Of a stretch of 64,000 nt of DNA, positions 10,723-17,601 are shown in pieces (the first letter of the stretch is position 1; each line of letters opens with the position of its first letter). Source of the stretch: a virus (Duplodnaviria; Caudoviricetes); IMG/VR virus record IMGVR_UViG_3300037420_001796, positions 21,255-85,254 of that record; one strand, given 5' to 3'. The position numbers and the translations under genes were made by a program. Under the pieces are notes generated by a model. It ran no database searches. It worked only from the letters and a program-made list of their open reading frames with translations, and had not been told where the DNA came from.

Positions 10723-11285
10723 AGTACATCAACACACAGACACTCGAATACCCGTTTACCGAGTTGCAAATCAAAGTGCTGCCGCAATTCGACAACTGCG
10801 CGTTCGGAGATCCGTTCGTACCTCCGCCGCCGTTCGAAAAAGTAGTCGACACGGAGCCCCCGACGTACGACCCCGTCACGCAACTGCTCGTCGAGGTGAC
10901 GCCTGTCGCAGACGCCTCTGGGGTGTGGTCTCAGCAGTGGTCGGTGCAGGCGCGGCCGCTCGCCGACGTACAGGCTGCAGTGTCGAACGACATCGTCGAC
11001 AAGGTGCAGCAACGGCTTGACGACTTCGCGCGCACGCGCGACTACGACGGAATCGCGAGCCTTGCGGGCTACGCAGGAGACGACGATCCTGTCTTCAACG
11101 TCGAAGGCACATACGGCAAGAAGATGCGCAGCCAAACGTGGCGCAAGGTCTATCAGATCCAGTCCGATGCGAACGCGGGCAACTGGCCGACGGCCGGCGC
11201 CGGGCAGATGCCGATGTCCTACGCAGACATCGAGTCGTCGCTTCCGGCACTCGCCTGGCCGAATCAAGTGGGGCAGACGACATGA
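10719..11285 (+). CDS. Putative tail fibre assembly/chaperone-like protein
   Basis: 188 aa following the fibre genes. The PPTYDPVTQ...W.QQW.V and C-terminal LPALAWP pattern is common in fibre assembly proteins. Confidence 0.5.
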   Translation: MKYINTQTLEYPFTELQIKVLPQFDNCAFGDPFVPPPPFEKVVDTEPPTYDPVTQLLVEVTPVADASGVWSQQWSVQARPLADVQAAVSNDIVDKVQQRLDDFARTRDYDGIASLAGYAGDDDPVFNVEGTYGKKMRSQTWRKVYQIQSDANAGNWPTAGAGQMPMSYADIESSLPALAWPNQVGQTT

Positions 11286-11617
11286 CGTGGGAACCCGCGC
11301 TCATCCTCGCGTACCTGTGGGTCTTCTGGGGCATGTACGTGCTCGTCATGGGACTGTATCGCGCCTACCTCGACAACCGCTTGAGCCGGGCCGCCAAGGT
11401 CCTCGGCTTTCCGTACCTAGCCTTCGGCTACGTGATGGACGTCAGCTGCAATCTCACGATCGCCACGGTGGTGTTTCTGGAGCTGCCGCGCGAGGGGCTC
11501 GTGACACAGCGCCTCACGCGCCTGCAGCGCAGCTCCGGCTGGCGCCAGAAGGTCGCTTTCTGGGTGTGCACGAAGCTGCTTGACCCCTTCGATCCGAGCG
11601 GAAAGCACTGCTCGTAG
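11282..11617 (+). CDS. Small membrane protein upstream of the lysis cassette
   Basis: 111 aa with two hydrophobic segments and a C-terminal LLDPFDPSGKHC. The ATG at 11282 overlaps the upstream stop. Confidence 0.65.
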   Translation: MTWEPALILAYLWVFWGMYVLVMGLYRAYLDNRLSRAAKVLGFPYLAFGYVMDVSCNLTIATVVFLELPREGLVTQRLTRLQRSSGWRQKVAFWVCTKLLDPFDPSGKHCS

Positions 11618-11622
11618 GAGTC

Positions 11623-11652
11623 AATCCCCGACAACGACGGGGATTCCATTTT
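11623..11652 (+). terminator. Possible intrinsic terminator
   Basis: AATCCCCG-acaacga-CGGGGATT 8-bp stem followed by CCATTTT, just after a stop codon. Confidence 0.45.
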
Positions 11653-11701
11653 GCCCAGCGTTCCCCCAAGTATGGGGGCCTGTCCGACAAGGAAAAGAAC
11701 A

Positions 11702-11917
11702 ATGGACCAGGGTAACGTGTCGGCCGCAGGCCTGAAGTTGTGTGTGGCGTGGTTGGGGGTGTGTGCCAGCTACGTGATCTCGTGGCAGGACATCGCGGGC
11801 ATGCTCGCTTCCCTGTACACGGCTCTCCTGATCGGAGAGTGGCTGTGGAAGCACGGCGTTCGGTATCTTCTTGAGCGCACCGGCTGGCTCAAGCCGAAGG
11901 CTCCGAAGTCCCCATGA
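11702..11917 (+). CDS. Holin (putative)
   Basis: 71 aa with two hydrophobic segments and a basic C-terminal tail, immediately upstream of the endolysin. Confidence 0.65.
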   Translation: MDQGNVSAAGLKLCVAWLGVCASYVISWQDIAGMLASLYTALLIGEWLWKHGVRYLLERTGWLKPKAPKSP

Positions 11918-12468
11918 GCTACGTTCCTGACGCGATCCGCAAGCGGGTTGTCGTCGGCCTGCTTTCGTTCTCCGCCGCGGGCCTGGTAGGCCTTGCCGGC
12001 CACGAGTACTACACCGATGACGCCGTGATCCCCGTCAAGGGCGACGTGCCCACGTACGGCTTTGGCATGACGCATCACCCCGATGGCACGCCGGTCAAGG
12101 TCGGTGAGAAGACGACGCCACCGAAGGCCCTGAGAGAGACACTGGACCACATCAAGACAAGCGAGACGGAGCTGAAGAAGTGCGTCACCGCGCCCTTGTT
12201 TCAGGAGGAGTACGACGAGCTCGTCGACCATTCCTACCAGTACGGCGCGCGCGTGACTTGCAACTCCAGCATGGTCTCGCGCGCGAATGCCGGTGACTAC
12301 GCCGGCTCGTGCAAGGCTTACCTAGAGTACCGCTACATCCACAAGGGCAAGCCCAACGAATACGACTGCTCGACGACCGTGAACGGGCAGCGCAATCACG
12401 TGTGCTGGGGGGTGTGGGAACGCTCCAAGCAGCACTACGACAACTGCATGGCCGCTCAGAGTAAGTAG
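11914..12468 (+). CDS. SAR endolysin (GH24 / phage 21 R-like lysozyme)
   Basis: A weakly hydrophobic Gly/Ala/Ser-rich N-terminal anchor (RKRVVVGLLSFSAAGLVGLAG) is followed directly by Glu (HE) and DVPTYGFGMT catalytic-type motifs. Confidence 0.85.
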   Translation: MSYVPDAIRKRVVVGLLSFSAAGLVGLAGHEYYTDDAVIPVKGDVPTYGFGMTHHPDGTPVKVGEKTTPPKALRETLDHIKTSETELKKCVTAPLFQEEYDELVDHSYQYGARVTCNSSMVSRANAGDYAGSCKAYLEYRYIHKGKPNEYDCSTTVNGQRNHVCWGVWERSKQHYDNCMAAQSK

Positions 12469-12498
12469 GCCGAGAACAACAAGAAAGGCCCGCATGCC

Positions 12499-13065
12499 AT
12501 GGAAGCAATCGTCCTCGCCCTGCGGGGCGTCTGGGGACTCATCCCAAAAGGCCTGATCGCCGCGGCACTCGTCGCGGCTCTTGCCCTGAGCGCATACACC
12601 GGCGTGAAGCTGGTGCACACCGAACACGAGCTGTCGAAGCAAACGACGGCACTTGCCACTGAACGCGCCGACCGTGCGCGAGAAAACGCGCAGCGCGCGG
12701 AAGTCGCCGCAGCTGCTCAAGACAACTTCCGAAAAGCGGAAATCTTGGCCTTCAACAAGGCCCAGGAGAACGACCTTGCCCTCAAGAAAGCCCTCGCTGC
12801 TCGCGACGCTGCTCATCGCCGCGAGCTTGCCGATCATGACGAGCTGCTCCACAACGTCGAAGCTTTCCTCGCCGCCGGTGGTGGTGACGTGCCCTCGACC
12901 TGCGCCGCTGACCTCCGAGCTGAGCGCAATCGATCTGCCACCCTCGGGAAGCTATTCCTTGAAGCTGACACAGCTGCGGGAGAAATGGAAGACGCAGCTG
13001 AGCGCCACCTCGAGCAAGCCCGCGGCCTCAAGCGCCAACTCGAGCTCGATCGCGAGGTGAAATGA
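12499..13065 (+). CDS. Rz: Inner-membrane spanin (Rz-like)
   Basis: N-terminal transmembrane helix followed by an Ala-rich coiled coil, located directly after the endolysin. Confidence 0.8.
   Translation: MEAIVLALRGVWGLIPKGLIAAALVAALALSAYTGVKLVHTEHELSKQTTALATERADRARENAQRAEVAAAAQDNFRKAEILAFNKAQENDLALKKALAARDAAHRRELADHDELLHNVEAFLAAGGGDVPSTCAADLRAERNRSATLGKLFLEADTAAGEMEDAAERHLEQARGLKRQLELDREVK
12776..13060 (+). CDS. Rz1: Outer-membrane spanin lipoprotein (Rz1-like), fully embedded in Rz in the +1 frame
   Basis: AGGAG plus a 7-nt spacer precedes the TTG at 12776. The signal peptide LPSRKPSLLATLLIAASLPIMTS-C ends in a lipobox Cys, followed by a Pro-rich periplasmic part with a second Cys. Confidence 0.8.
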   Translation: MPSRKPSLLATLLIAASLPIMTSCSTTSKLSSPPVVVTCPRPAPLTSELSAIDLPPSGSYSLKLTQLREKWKTQLSATSSKPAASSANSSSIAR

Positions 13066-13238
13066 TGGACAAGGTCGCGATGTACCTCGGGTACGGGCTG
13101 ATGGCGGCTTCTGGAGTCGCCGCGTTCGCCGGCATTGTGTATCTCGTCACTGAGGTCGCATGGCTTCAAGTGCGCCGCGTGAACGGCTTGAAGAACATCG
13201 TCAGCGCGCTGCGAGCACACGCGGACGGAGGCGAGTGA
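13062..13238 (+). CDS. Small membrane protein (58 aa)
   Basis: MMDKVAMYLGYGLMAASGVAAFAGIVYLVTEVAW...; overlaps both neighbours; absent from the ORF track. Confidence 0.55.
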   Translation: MMDKVAMYLGYGLMAASGVAAFAGIVYLVTEVAWLQVRRVNGLKNIVSALRAHADGGE

Positions 13239-13642
13239 TGGCCTCGAAGAAGACGGCGGAAAAGAGCGTCGAGAAGGCGCCGAACGACATCTTCAAGGGC
13301 CTGCCTCGTCGCGTCCACATCGGCCCCCGCACGTACCGCATCAAGATCGAGAACCCCGACACGGATCCCGACATGATCGAGAACTACGGCATGACCCATC
13401 ACGAGGACTTTCGCATCGTCCTCGCTGACAACATGCCGGCAATGCTTGCGGCGGAGATCGTGCAGCACGAAGTCAGCCACTGCATCAACGCCGTCTACAA
13501 CGTGGAGGACGGCGCCGATGAGGAATTCGCGGTGACGCAGCACTCCCGCGGCTTGACCGAAGTGTGGTTACGCAATCCGCGCTTTCACAACTGGATGATC
13601 AAAACGATTCGCCGCGCTCGCAAGGAAGCGGCTCAAGACTGA
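13238..13642 (+). CDS. HExxH zinc-metallopeptidase-like protein
   Basis: Contains EIVQHEVSHCI. The start MASKK at 13238 overlaps the upstream TGA. Confidence 0.55.
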   Translation: MASKKTAEKSVEKAPNDIFKGLPRRVHIGPRTYRIKIENPDTDPDMIENYGMTHHEDFRIVLADNMPAMLAAEIVQHEVSHCINAVYNVEDGADEEFAVTQHSRGLTEVWLRNPRFHNWMIKTIRRARKEAAQD

Positions 13643-13651
13643 AAGGACGAA

Positions 13652-13849
13652 ATGACTCTGGTGGATCTGGTGCGCAAGCTTGGCAAGGTGGAGTTGAGCC
13701 TGGAGTTCGACGATCCGGAAAAGCCGGTGCTGAAGGTGGCACGCGGCGGTCGCGAAGCGCTTGTGCAAGCGGACGTGGTGCAGTTTGCAACCGGCGGGTC
13801 CGTCGTGCTGGTGCACGCGGTGCCGGAGAACCCGACAACGTCGGTGTGA
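13652..13849 (+). CDS. Hypothetical protein
   Basis: 65 aa, preceded by AAGGA. Confidence 0.5.
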   Translation: MTLVDLVRKLGKVELSLEFDDPEKPVLKVARGGREALVQADVVQFATGGSVVLVHAVPENPTTSV

Positions 13850-13860
13850 AGGAGAGGGCG

Positions 13861-14160
13861 ATGGATTGTGTTTTCGCGTTTACCGAGATGGGCGTCTCAT
13901 CGTTCCCGGGCTACGTGAACCTGAGCGATCGAGACGGGGTAGCGGAGCTGACTGTCCGCACGCGCGGGCACGATGGTATGCAGTGCGCTGTGATGCCTGT
14001 GCCAGATGACCAGCTGTGGGTGCTGGTCGAGAGTGTGAAGTCGTACCTGCAGAAGAAGGGGTTCAGGCCGCACGTGGGCCTCGCGGCGGAGGACTTCGAG
14101 CTGCCGCCCGCTTGCCCGCTGCGTAACGAGGGCGACGACACTTGCGAGGCCTGCCAATGA
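13861..14160 (+). CDS. Hypothetical protein with a C-terminal ACPLRNEGDDTCEACQ tail
   Basis: GGAGAGG ribosome-binding site before the ATG at 13861; 99 aa. Confidence 0.6.
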   Translation: MDCVFAFTEMGVSSFPGYVNLSDRDGVAELTVRTRGHDGMQCAVMPVPDDQLWVLVESVKSYLQKKGFRPHVGLAAEDFELPPACPLRNEGDDTCEACQ

Positions 14161-14420
14161 GCGTGCACACGGCCCTGCTGTGGTTCGGCACGTTCTGCGC
14201 GACCTTCGCGCTGGACCTGTGCTGGGTCTACTACATCCGCCAGGTCGAGCGCGGCAATCCGGTCGCCGCGGCGAGCTGGGCTGGCTTCCTTTACCTCACC
14301 GCGGCCGGCGCGACGGTGGGCTACGTCGAGAATCCGTGGCTGCTGGTGCCATCGACGGCCGGTGCGATCCTTGGCACGTTCACGGCGGTCACCTACGCGA
14401 AAAGGGTCGTGGAGGATTGA
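14157..14420 (+). CDS. Small multi-pass membrane protein
   Basis: 87 aa with three hydrophobic segments and an ATGA overlap. Confidence 0.6.
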   Translation: MSVHTALLWFGTFCATFALDLCWVYYIRQVERGNPVAAASWAGFLYLTAAGATVGYVENPWLLVPSTAGAILGTFTAVTYAKRVVED

Positions 14421-14423
14421 CCT

Positions 14424-14534
14424 ATGATGGCCTTCACGTTGTGGTGTTTGACGCAGCTCTTCTGGCTTGCATTGCTTGCCGTCGGTGTGGCTTTGTTCGG
14501 GGCCTTCGTCGGCGCGCTACTGGGCTACGAGTAG
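14424..14534 (+). CDS. 36-aa hydrophobic peptide
   Basis: GGAGG lies 8 nt before the ATG. It encodes MMAFTLWCLTQLFWLALLAVGVALFGAFVGALLGYE and is below the ORF-track cutoff. Confidence 0.55.
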   Translation: MMAFTLWCLTQLFWLALLAVGVALFGAFVGALLGYE

Positions 14535-14549
14535 CAGAACCAGTAGCGC
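14514..14549. repeat. Left att-arm inverted repeat GCGCTACTGG...CCAGTAGCGC (candidate integrase arm sites)
   Basis: Perfect 10-bp inverted repeat with an internal GCTACGAGTAGC; it shares the GCTACTG motif with the right arm. Confidence 0.55.
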
Positions 14550-14581
14550 ACCCCGGAGAGCGAACATTGGCGCGGGTTCCG

Positions 14582-14630
14582 ACGCATTGCAAATCCGTTT
14601 AGCTCGGTTCGACTCCGGGACGCGCCTCCA
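14582..14630 (+). mobile_element. attP core: 3' half of tRNA-Cys(GCA)
   Basis: ACGCA-TTGCAAA-TCCGT anticodon arm, CTCGG-TTCGACT-CCGGG T-arm, ACGCGCC-T-CCA end and no D-arm. It lies about 150 bp upstream of the integrase with phage genes on both sides. Confidence 0.82.
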
Positions 14631-14710
14631 AGAATCCCACTGAAATCAGACAATTAACATGGCACCGAGAGGTGCCCGTTCCGTCGTTTTCTGCTCAAAT
14701 TCCGTGCATT

Positions 14711-14741
14711 GCTACTGAAAATCAGTAGCAGCTGCTACTGA
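14711..14741. repeat. Right att-arm repeats GCTACTGA / TCAGTAGC / GCTACTGA
   Basis: Three copies of one 8-mer in alternating orientation between the att core and the integrase. Confidence 0.6.
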
Positions 14742-14783
14742 TTTCGGATGGGGTTGTGCGTTGATGTGGGTATGATGCCCGCC

Positions 14784-15947
14784 ATGAGTGTCAATGTTCA
14801 ACAGCGCGGCGCTGAGCGGCACCAGCTGCGCGTGATCCACAAGCTGCTGCCGAAGCCCTTCTTTTTCACGTTCAAGAGCGAGCCCGAGGCACGAGAATAC
14901 GGCGACCGGCTGCACGCGCTGCTCGAGCGCGGCATCGTGCCGCAGGAGCTTCTCGCGAAGCCGGCGAAGGGCGACGACCCGATGGTGCCGGACTTGATCG
15001 AGGCGTACCGCAATGCGCAACCCGTGGCGCCGAGTGACGAGTCGGTGCTTGACCTGCTGGAGCTGGAGACCGCAGGCTTGCGAGTGAGTGGTCTGACGTT
15101 CGCGTGGGTGGAAGCGTGGGTGAGGGGGATGAAGGTGAAGCAGAACCTGGCGCCGTCGACGATCCGAAAGCGCGTCGGATCGCTGGCCAGGGTGCTCGAT
15201 TGGCACCTTGCGCACATGGCGGAGAAGGACCCCGACAACGTCAGGGCCAACCCGCTGCGGCTGCTGCGCGTGGGCTACAGCCAGTACAGCAAGGCGGAGG
15301 GGAAGGCGGCCGAGGCCGCTGGTGGCGCTGCGAAGGAAGACGTAGAGCGCGATCGACGCTTGAGCCCCGACGAGGAGACGAGGCTGCAGCTGTCGTTGTC
15401 GGGTTTCAAGAGGCCCGACCGCGAGCGCCCGCTCGAGCGGGATCCGGACTTCGAGACTCTCGTGTATCTGATCCTGGACACCGGCATGCGTTTGCGCGAG
15501 GCGTACCGCTTGCGCGTCGCACAGTTCGATTTCGAGCGCGGCATCATCAACGTCGAAGGCACGAACAAACGCGGCGGAGCTCGCAAGCGGCGCGTCGTTC
15601 CGATGAAGCCCGCGGTGCGCGAGCGGATGAAGAAGTTCGTGAAGGGGAAGAAGCCCGAAGAACTCGTCTTCTCGTTTTGGAACGGAAACGATGAGACCCT
15701 TGCGAAGACCACCACTCGGCTGTCGCAGCGCTTTAAAACGCTGTTCGAATATGCACAGGTGGAGGACTTCACCGAACACGACCTGCGTCATGAGGCAACG
15801 TGTCGGTGGTTCGAGCTGAAGAATGCGAAAGGCGCGTGGACGTTCAGCGACCTGGAGATCTGCAAGATCATGGGCTGGACGTCCACGAAGATGGCGCTGC
15901 GGTACCTCTCCCTGCGGGGAGAGGACCTTGCGTCACGACTTCTTTAG
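14784..15947 (+). CDS. int: Tyrosine integrase
   Basis: LILDTGMRLRE (catalytic Arg), HDLRHEA (HxxR) and IMGW...MALRY (Trp/Tyr), adjacent to the tRNA-type att core. The start at 14784 is a best guess; upstream starts exist. Confidence 0.92.
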   Translation: MSVNVQQRGAERHQLRVIHKLLPKPFFFTFKSEPEAREYGDRLHALLERGIVPQELLAKPAKGDDPMVPDLIEAYRNAQPVAPSDESVLDLLELETAGLRVSGLTFAWVEAWVRGMKVKQNLAPSTIRKRVGSLARVLDWHLAHMAEKDPDNVRANPLRLLRVGYSQYSKAEGKAAEAAGGAAKEDVERDRRLSPDEETRLQLSLSGFKRPDRERPLERDPDFETLVYLILDTGMRLREAYRLRVAQFDFERGIINVEGTNKRGGARKRRVVPMKPAVRERMKKFVKGKKPEELVFSFWNGNDETLAKTTTRLSQRFKTLFEYAQVEDFTEHDLRHEATCRWFELKNAKGAWTFSDLEICKIMGWTSTKMALRYLSLRGEDLASRLL

Positions 15948-16129
15948 GGTTTGGCCACGCGGGCCTGAATGCACTGCAATGCCTGACTCCTGCGTGAAGC
16001 CAGCATCACCTCCTGAACACGCACGCACTCTTCGCGAGTCGCGAAGCGTTCGATCAGTGTCGCTGGCACGGAGCTGTTTCCGGCGTCCCAGCCAAGGCTG
16101 ACCAGCATCCAAATGAGCACTGTGTTCAT
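15944..16129 (-). CDS. Small secreted/membrane protein with two Cys
   Basis: 61 aa with a hydrophobic N-terminus; its stop overlaps the integrase stop. Confidence 0.55.
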   Translation of the reverse strand: MNTVLIWMLVSLGWDAGNSSVPATLIERFATREECVRVQEVMLASRRSQALQCIQARVAKP

Positions 16130-16428
16130 GTCGGCAGCTCCGGGAGCTGCGGTGCCACACGCTTGCCGAACGGCACGTTCACGACGGATGCAAGCGGGCT
16201 GCCCGACTTGCGCTGCTGCAGGCGCTCGGCGGCGTTGATCATTGCGACCTCGTTGACGCGTTGAAGGAAGGCCCCGGTCGGAATGATCCAGCCCGTGCCG
16301 AACTTCTCACCGGGCAACGTGCCCGCGCGCAGATGGTCTTCGACAGTCTTGGGCTCGCACTCGAGCATGAGCGCTGCGTACTCGGGGTTGATGATCGGCG
16401 GAAGTTCCGCTGTCGCAAGGTCGATCAC
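16126..16428 (-). CDS. Excisionase-like winged-HTH protein
   Basis: INPEYAALMLECEPKTVEDHLRAGTLPGEKFGTGWIIP matches the Xis/HTH_17 pattern, and the gene is next to the integrase. Confidence 0.72.
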   Translation of the reverse strand: MIDLATAELPPIINPEYAALMLECEPKTVEDHLRAGTLPGEKFGTGWIIPTGAFLQRVNEVAMINAAERLQQRKSGSPLASVVNVPFGKRVAPQLPELPT

Positions 16429-16619
16429 GGCCGACCTCCTTGCGTTGCCGGCGGGTTCACGCGCGGCCGGTGATAGATCGGCTCGCGCGCGCTGCCGTCG
16501 TCATCGCCGTCGGCGGGGCCGTTGTGGAAGATCCATGCGATCGCCAGCAGGCAGCAACCGATGTCCGGCTCGCCGCAGAACCATGCGATGAGACCTGTGA
16601 TGAAAAGGCCTGTACTCAA
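16425..16619 (-). CDS. Small membrane protein
   Basis: TTG start after an AAC-rich leader with AAAGAGG; hydrophobic N-terminal half. Confidence 0.5.
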   Translation of the reverse strand: MSTGLFITGLIAWFCGEPDIGCCLLAIAWIFHNGPADGDDDGSAREPIYHRPRVNPPATQGGRP

Positions 16620-16662
16620 TGCTCACCTCTTTGTTTTTGTTGTTGTCGGTGAAGGCTGAACT

Positions 16663-17016
16663 TTACTTCTTCTCGGTCAGGCTTGCCCAGAACGCTGCGG
16701 GGTCCGTGCCGGCCGGCGTGAACTTTTCTGCGGGTTCGTCGCTTTCTTCCGGCTCCTCACCCAGCTCTCGCATGCCGCCGCGTGGCGTGCCGCGCCACGA
16801 GCGCAGCACCTGCATCGGAACGCTCATCCATCTGCCGTTGAAGGCATCGACGAAGTTGTCGACGTTCGCTTTGACTTCGCACAGGTCGACCTGAATCGAC
16901 GTCCGAGCACTCTGGTCGCTCACACGCTTGATGCACTTGCCGGCATCGCCCGCGGTCTTCGTAAATTCGACAGGCCACTCGCCATTGTCTGGGTCGTAGA
17001 CTTTGTAAATCCTCAT
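16663..17016 (-). CDS. Hypothetical protein
   Basis: 117 aa with an AGGAGTCC ribosome-binding site. Confidence 0.6.
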   Translation of the reverse strand: MRIYKVYDPDNGEWPVEFTKTAGDAGKCIKRVSDQSARTSIQVDLCEVKANVDNFVDAFNGRWMSVPMQVLRSWRGTPRGGMRELGEEPEESDEPAEKFTPAGTDPAAFWASLTEKK

Positions 17017-17234
17017 GCAGGACTCCTAGATTCCCCGCGCTGATCAGGGAAGAAGATGAAGTAAAGAAGGACGGTCAGCGCGTCGCATACCGCGTCCTTG
17101 GCGTGCTGATGCCACTCGGTGCCGCGACTGAGCGCGAGACCGAGTTGTATGGAGTCGATGAGCAGGTAGCACACCGACATGCCGAAGATGATCGCGACTA
17201 GCGCGACAACGATGTTGGTGAGACTTCTCTTCAT
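17013..17234 (-). CDS. Small two-helix membrane protein
   Basis: MKRSLTNIVVALVAIIFG..., with ATGA-type overlaps on both sides. Confidence 0.55.
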   Translation of the reverse strand: MKRSLTNIVVALVAIIFGMSVCYLLIDSIQLGLALSRGTEWHQHAKDAVCDALTVLLYFIFFPDQRGESRSPA

Positions 17235-17593
17235 CTCGTTTCCTCGAAGTGTTGGTCCACCAGCTCGGAGAGGGTGATTTCGCCGCGCAGTAGCGGCCCC
17301 TTGTGCACGTGGCCAAGCATCAGACCGCGCCTCAGCCCGTATAAATCGTCTCGACTGATTTCGACTGCTTTTCCCTCCAGGACGATGTATCCGCAGCCCC
17401 ACCCGATTTCGCTCATGCCGCAGCTTCGACAAACGCGCATGGGCTCAAGCGCGCCGCCGAAGTTGAGTGACTGGTAGTCACACTCCGCGAGATCGAGATG
17501 CTTGCAGGTCTTCTGAGCTCGCCGTACTGCGGCGTTGAGGCGACGCTGTGCGTCGGAGACATCGCTGAGCGCTTTTTGGATGCTTGCACGCAT
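17231..17593 (-). CDS. Hypothetical Cys-containing protein
   Basis: 120 aa with CKH...C and CRSC motifs. Confidence 0.55.
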   Translation of the reverse strand: MRASIQKALSDVSDAQRRLNAAVRRAQKTCKHLDLAECDYQSLNFGGALEPMRVCRSCGMSEIGWGCGYIVLEGKAVEISRDDLYGLRRGLMLGHVHKGPLLRGEITLSELVDQHFEETR

Positions 17594-17601
17594 GTGGCCT
17601 C

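Noticed and set aside
14569-14630. A complete functional tRNA-Cys gene
   Set aside because: The D-arm is absent, and there are mismatches in the acceptor and anticodon stems. It is called as an attP core instead; the residual tRNA-like fold is kept as a finding.
14750-14780. Sigma70 promoter for int (TATGAT at 14771)
   Set aside because: There is no acceptable -35 hexamer at 16-18 bp spacing and no extended -10 TG, so it is not supportable from the sequence alone.
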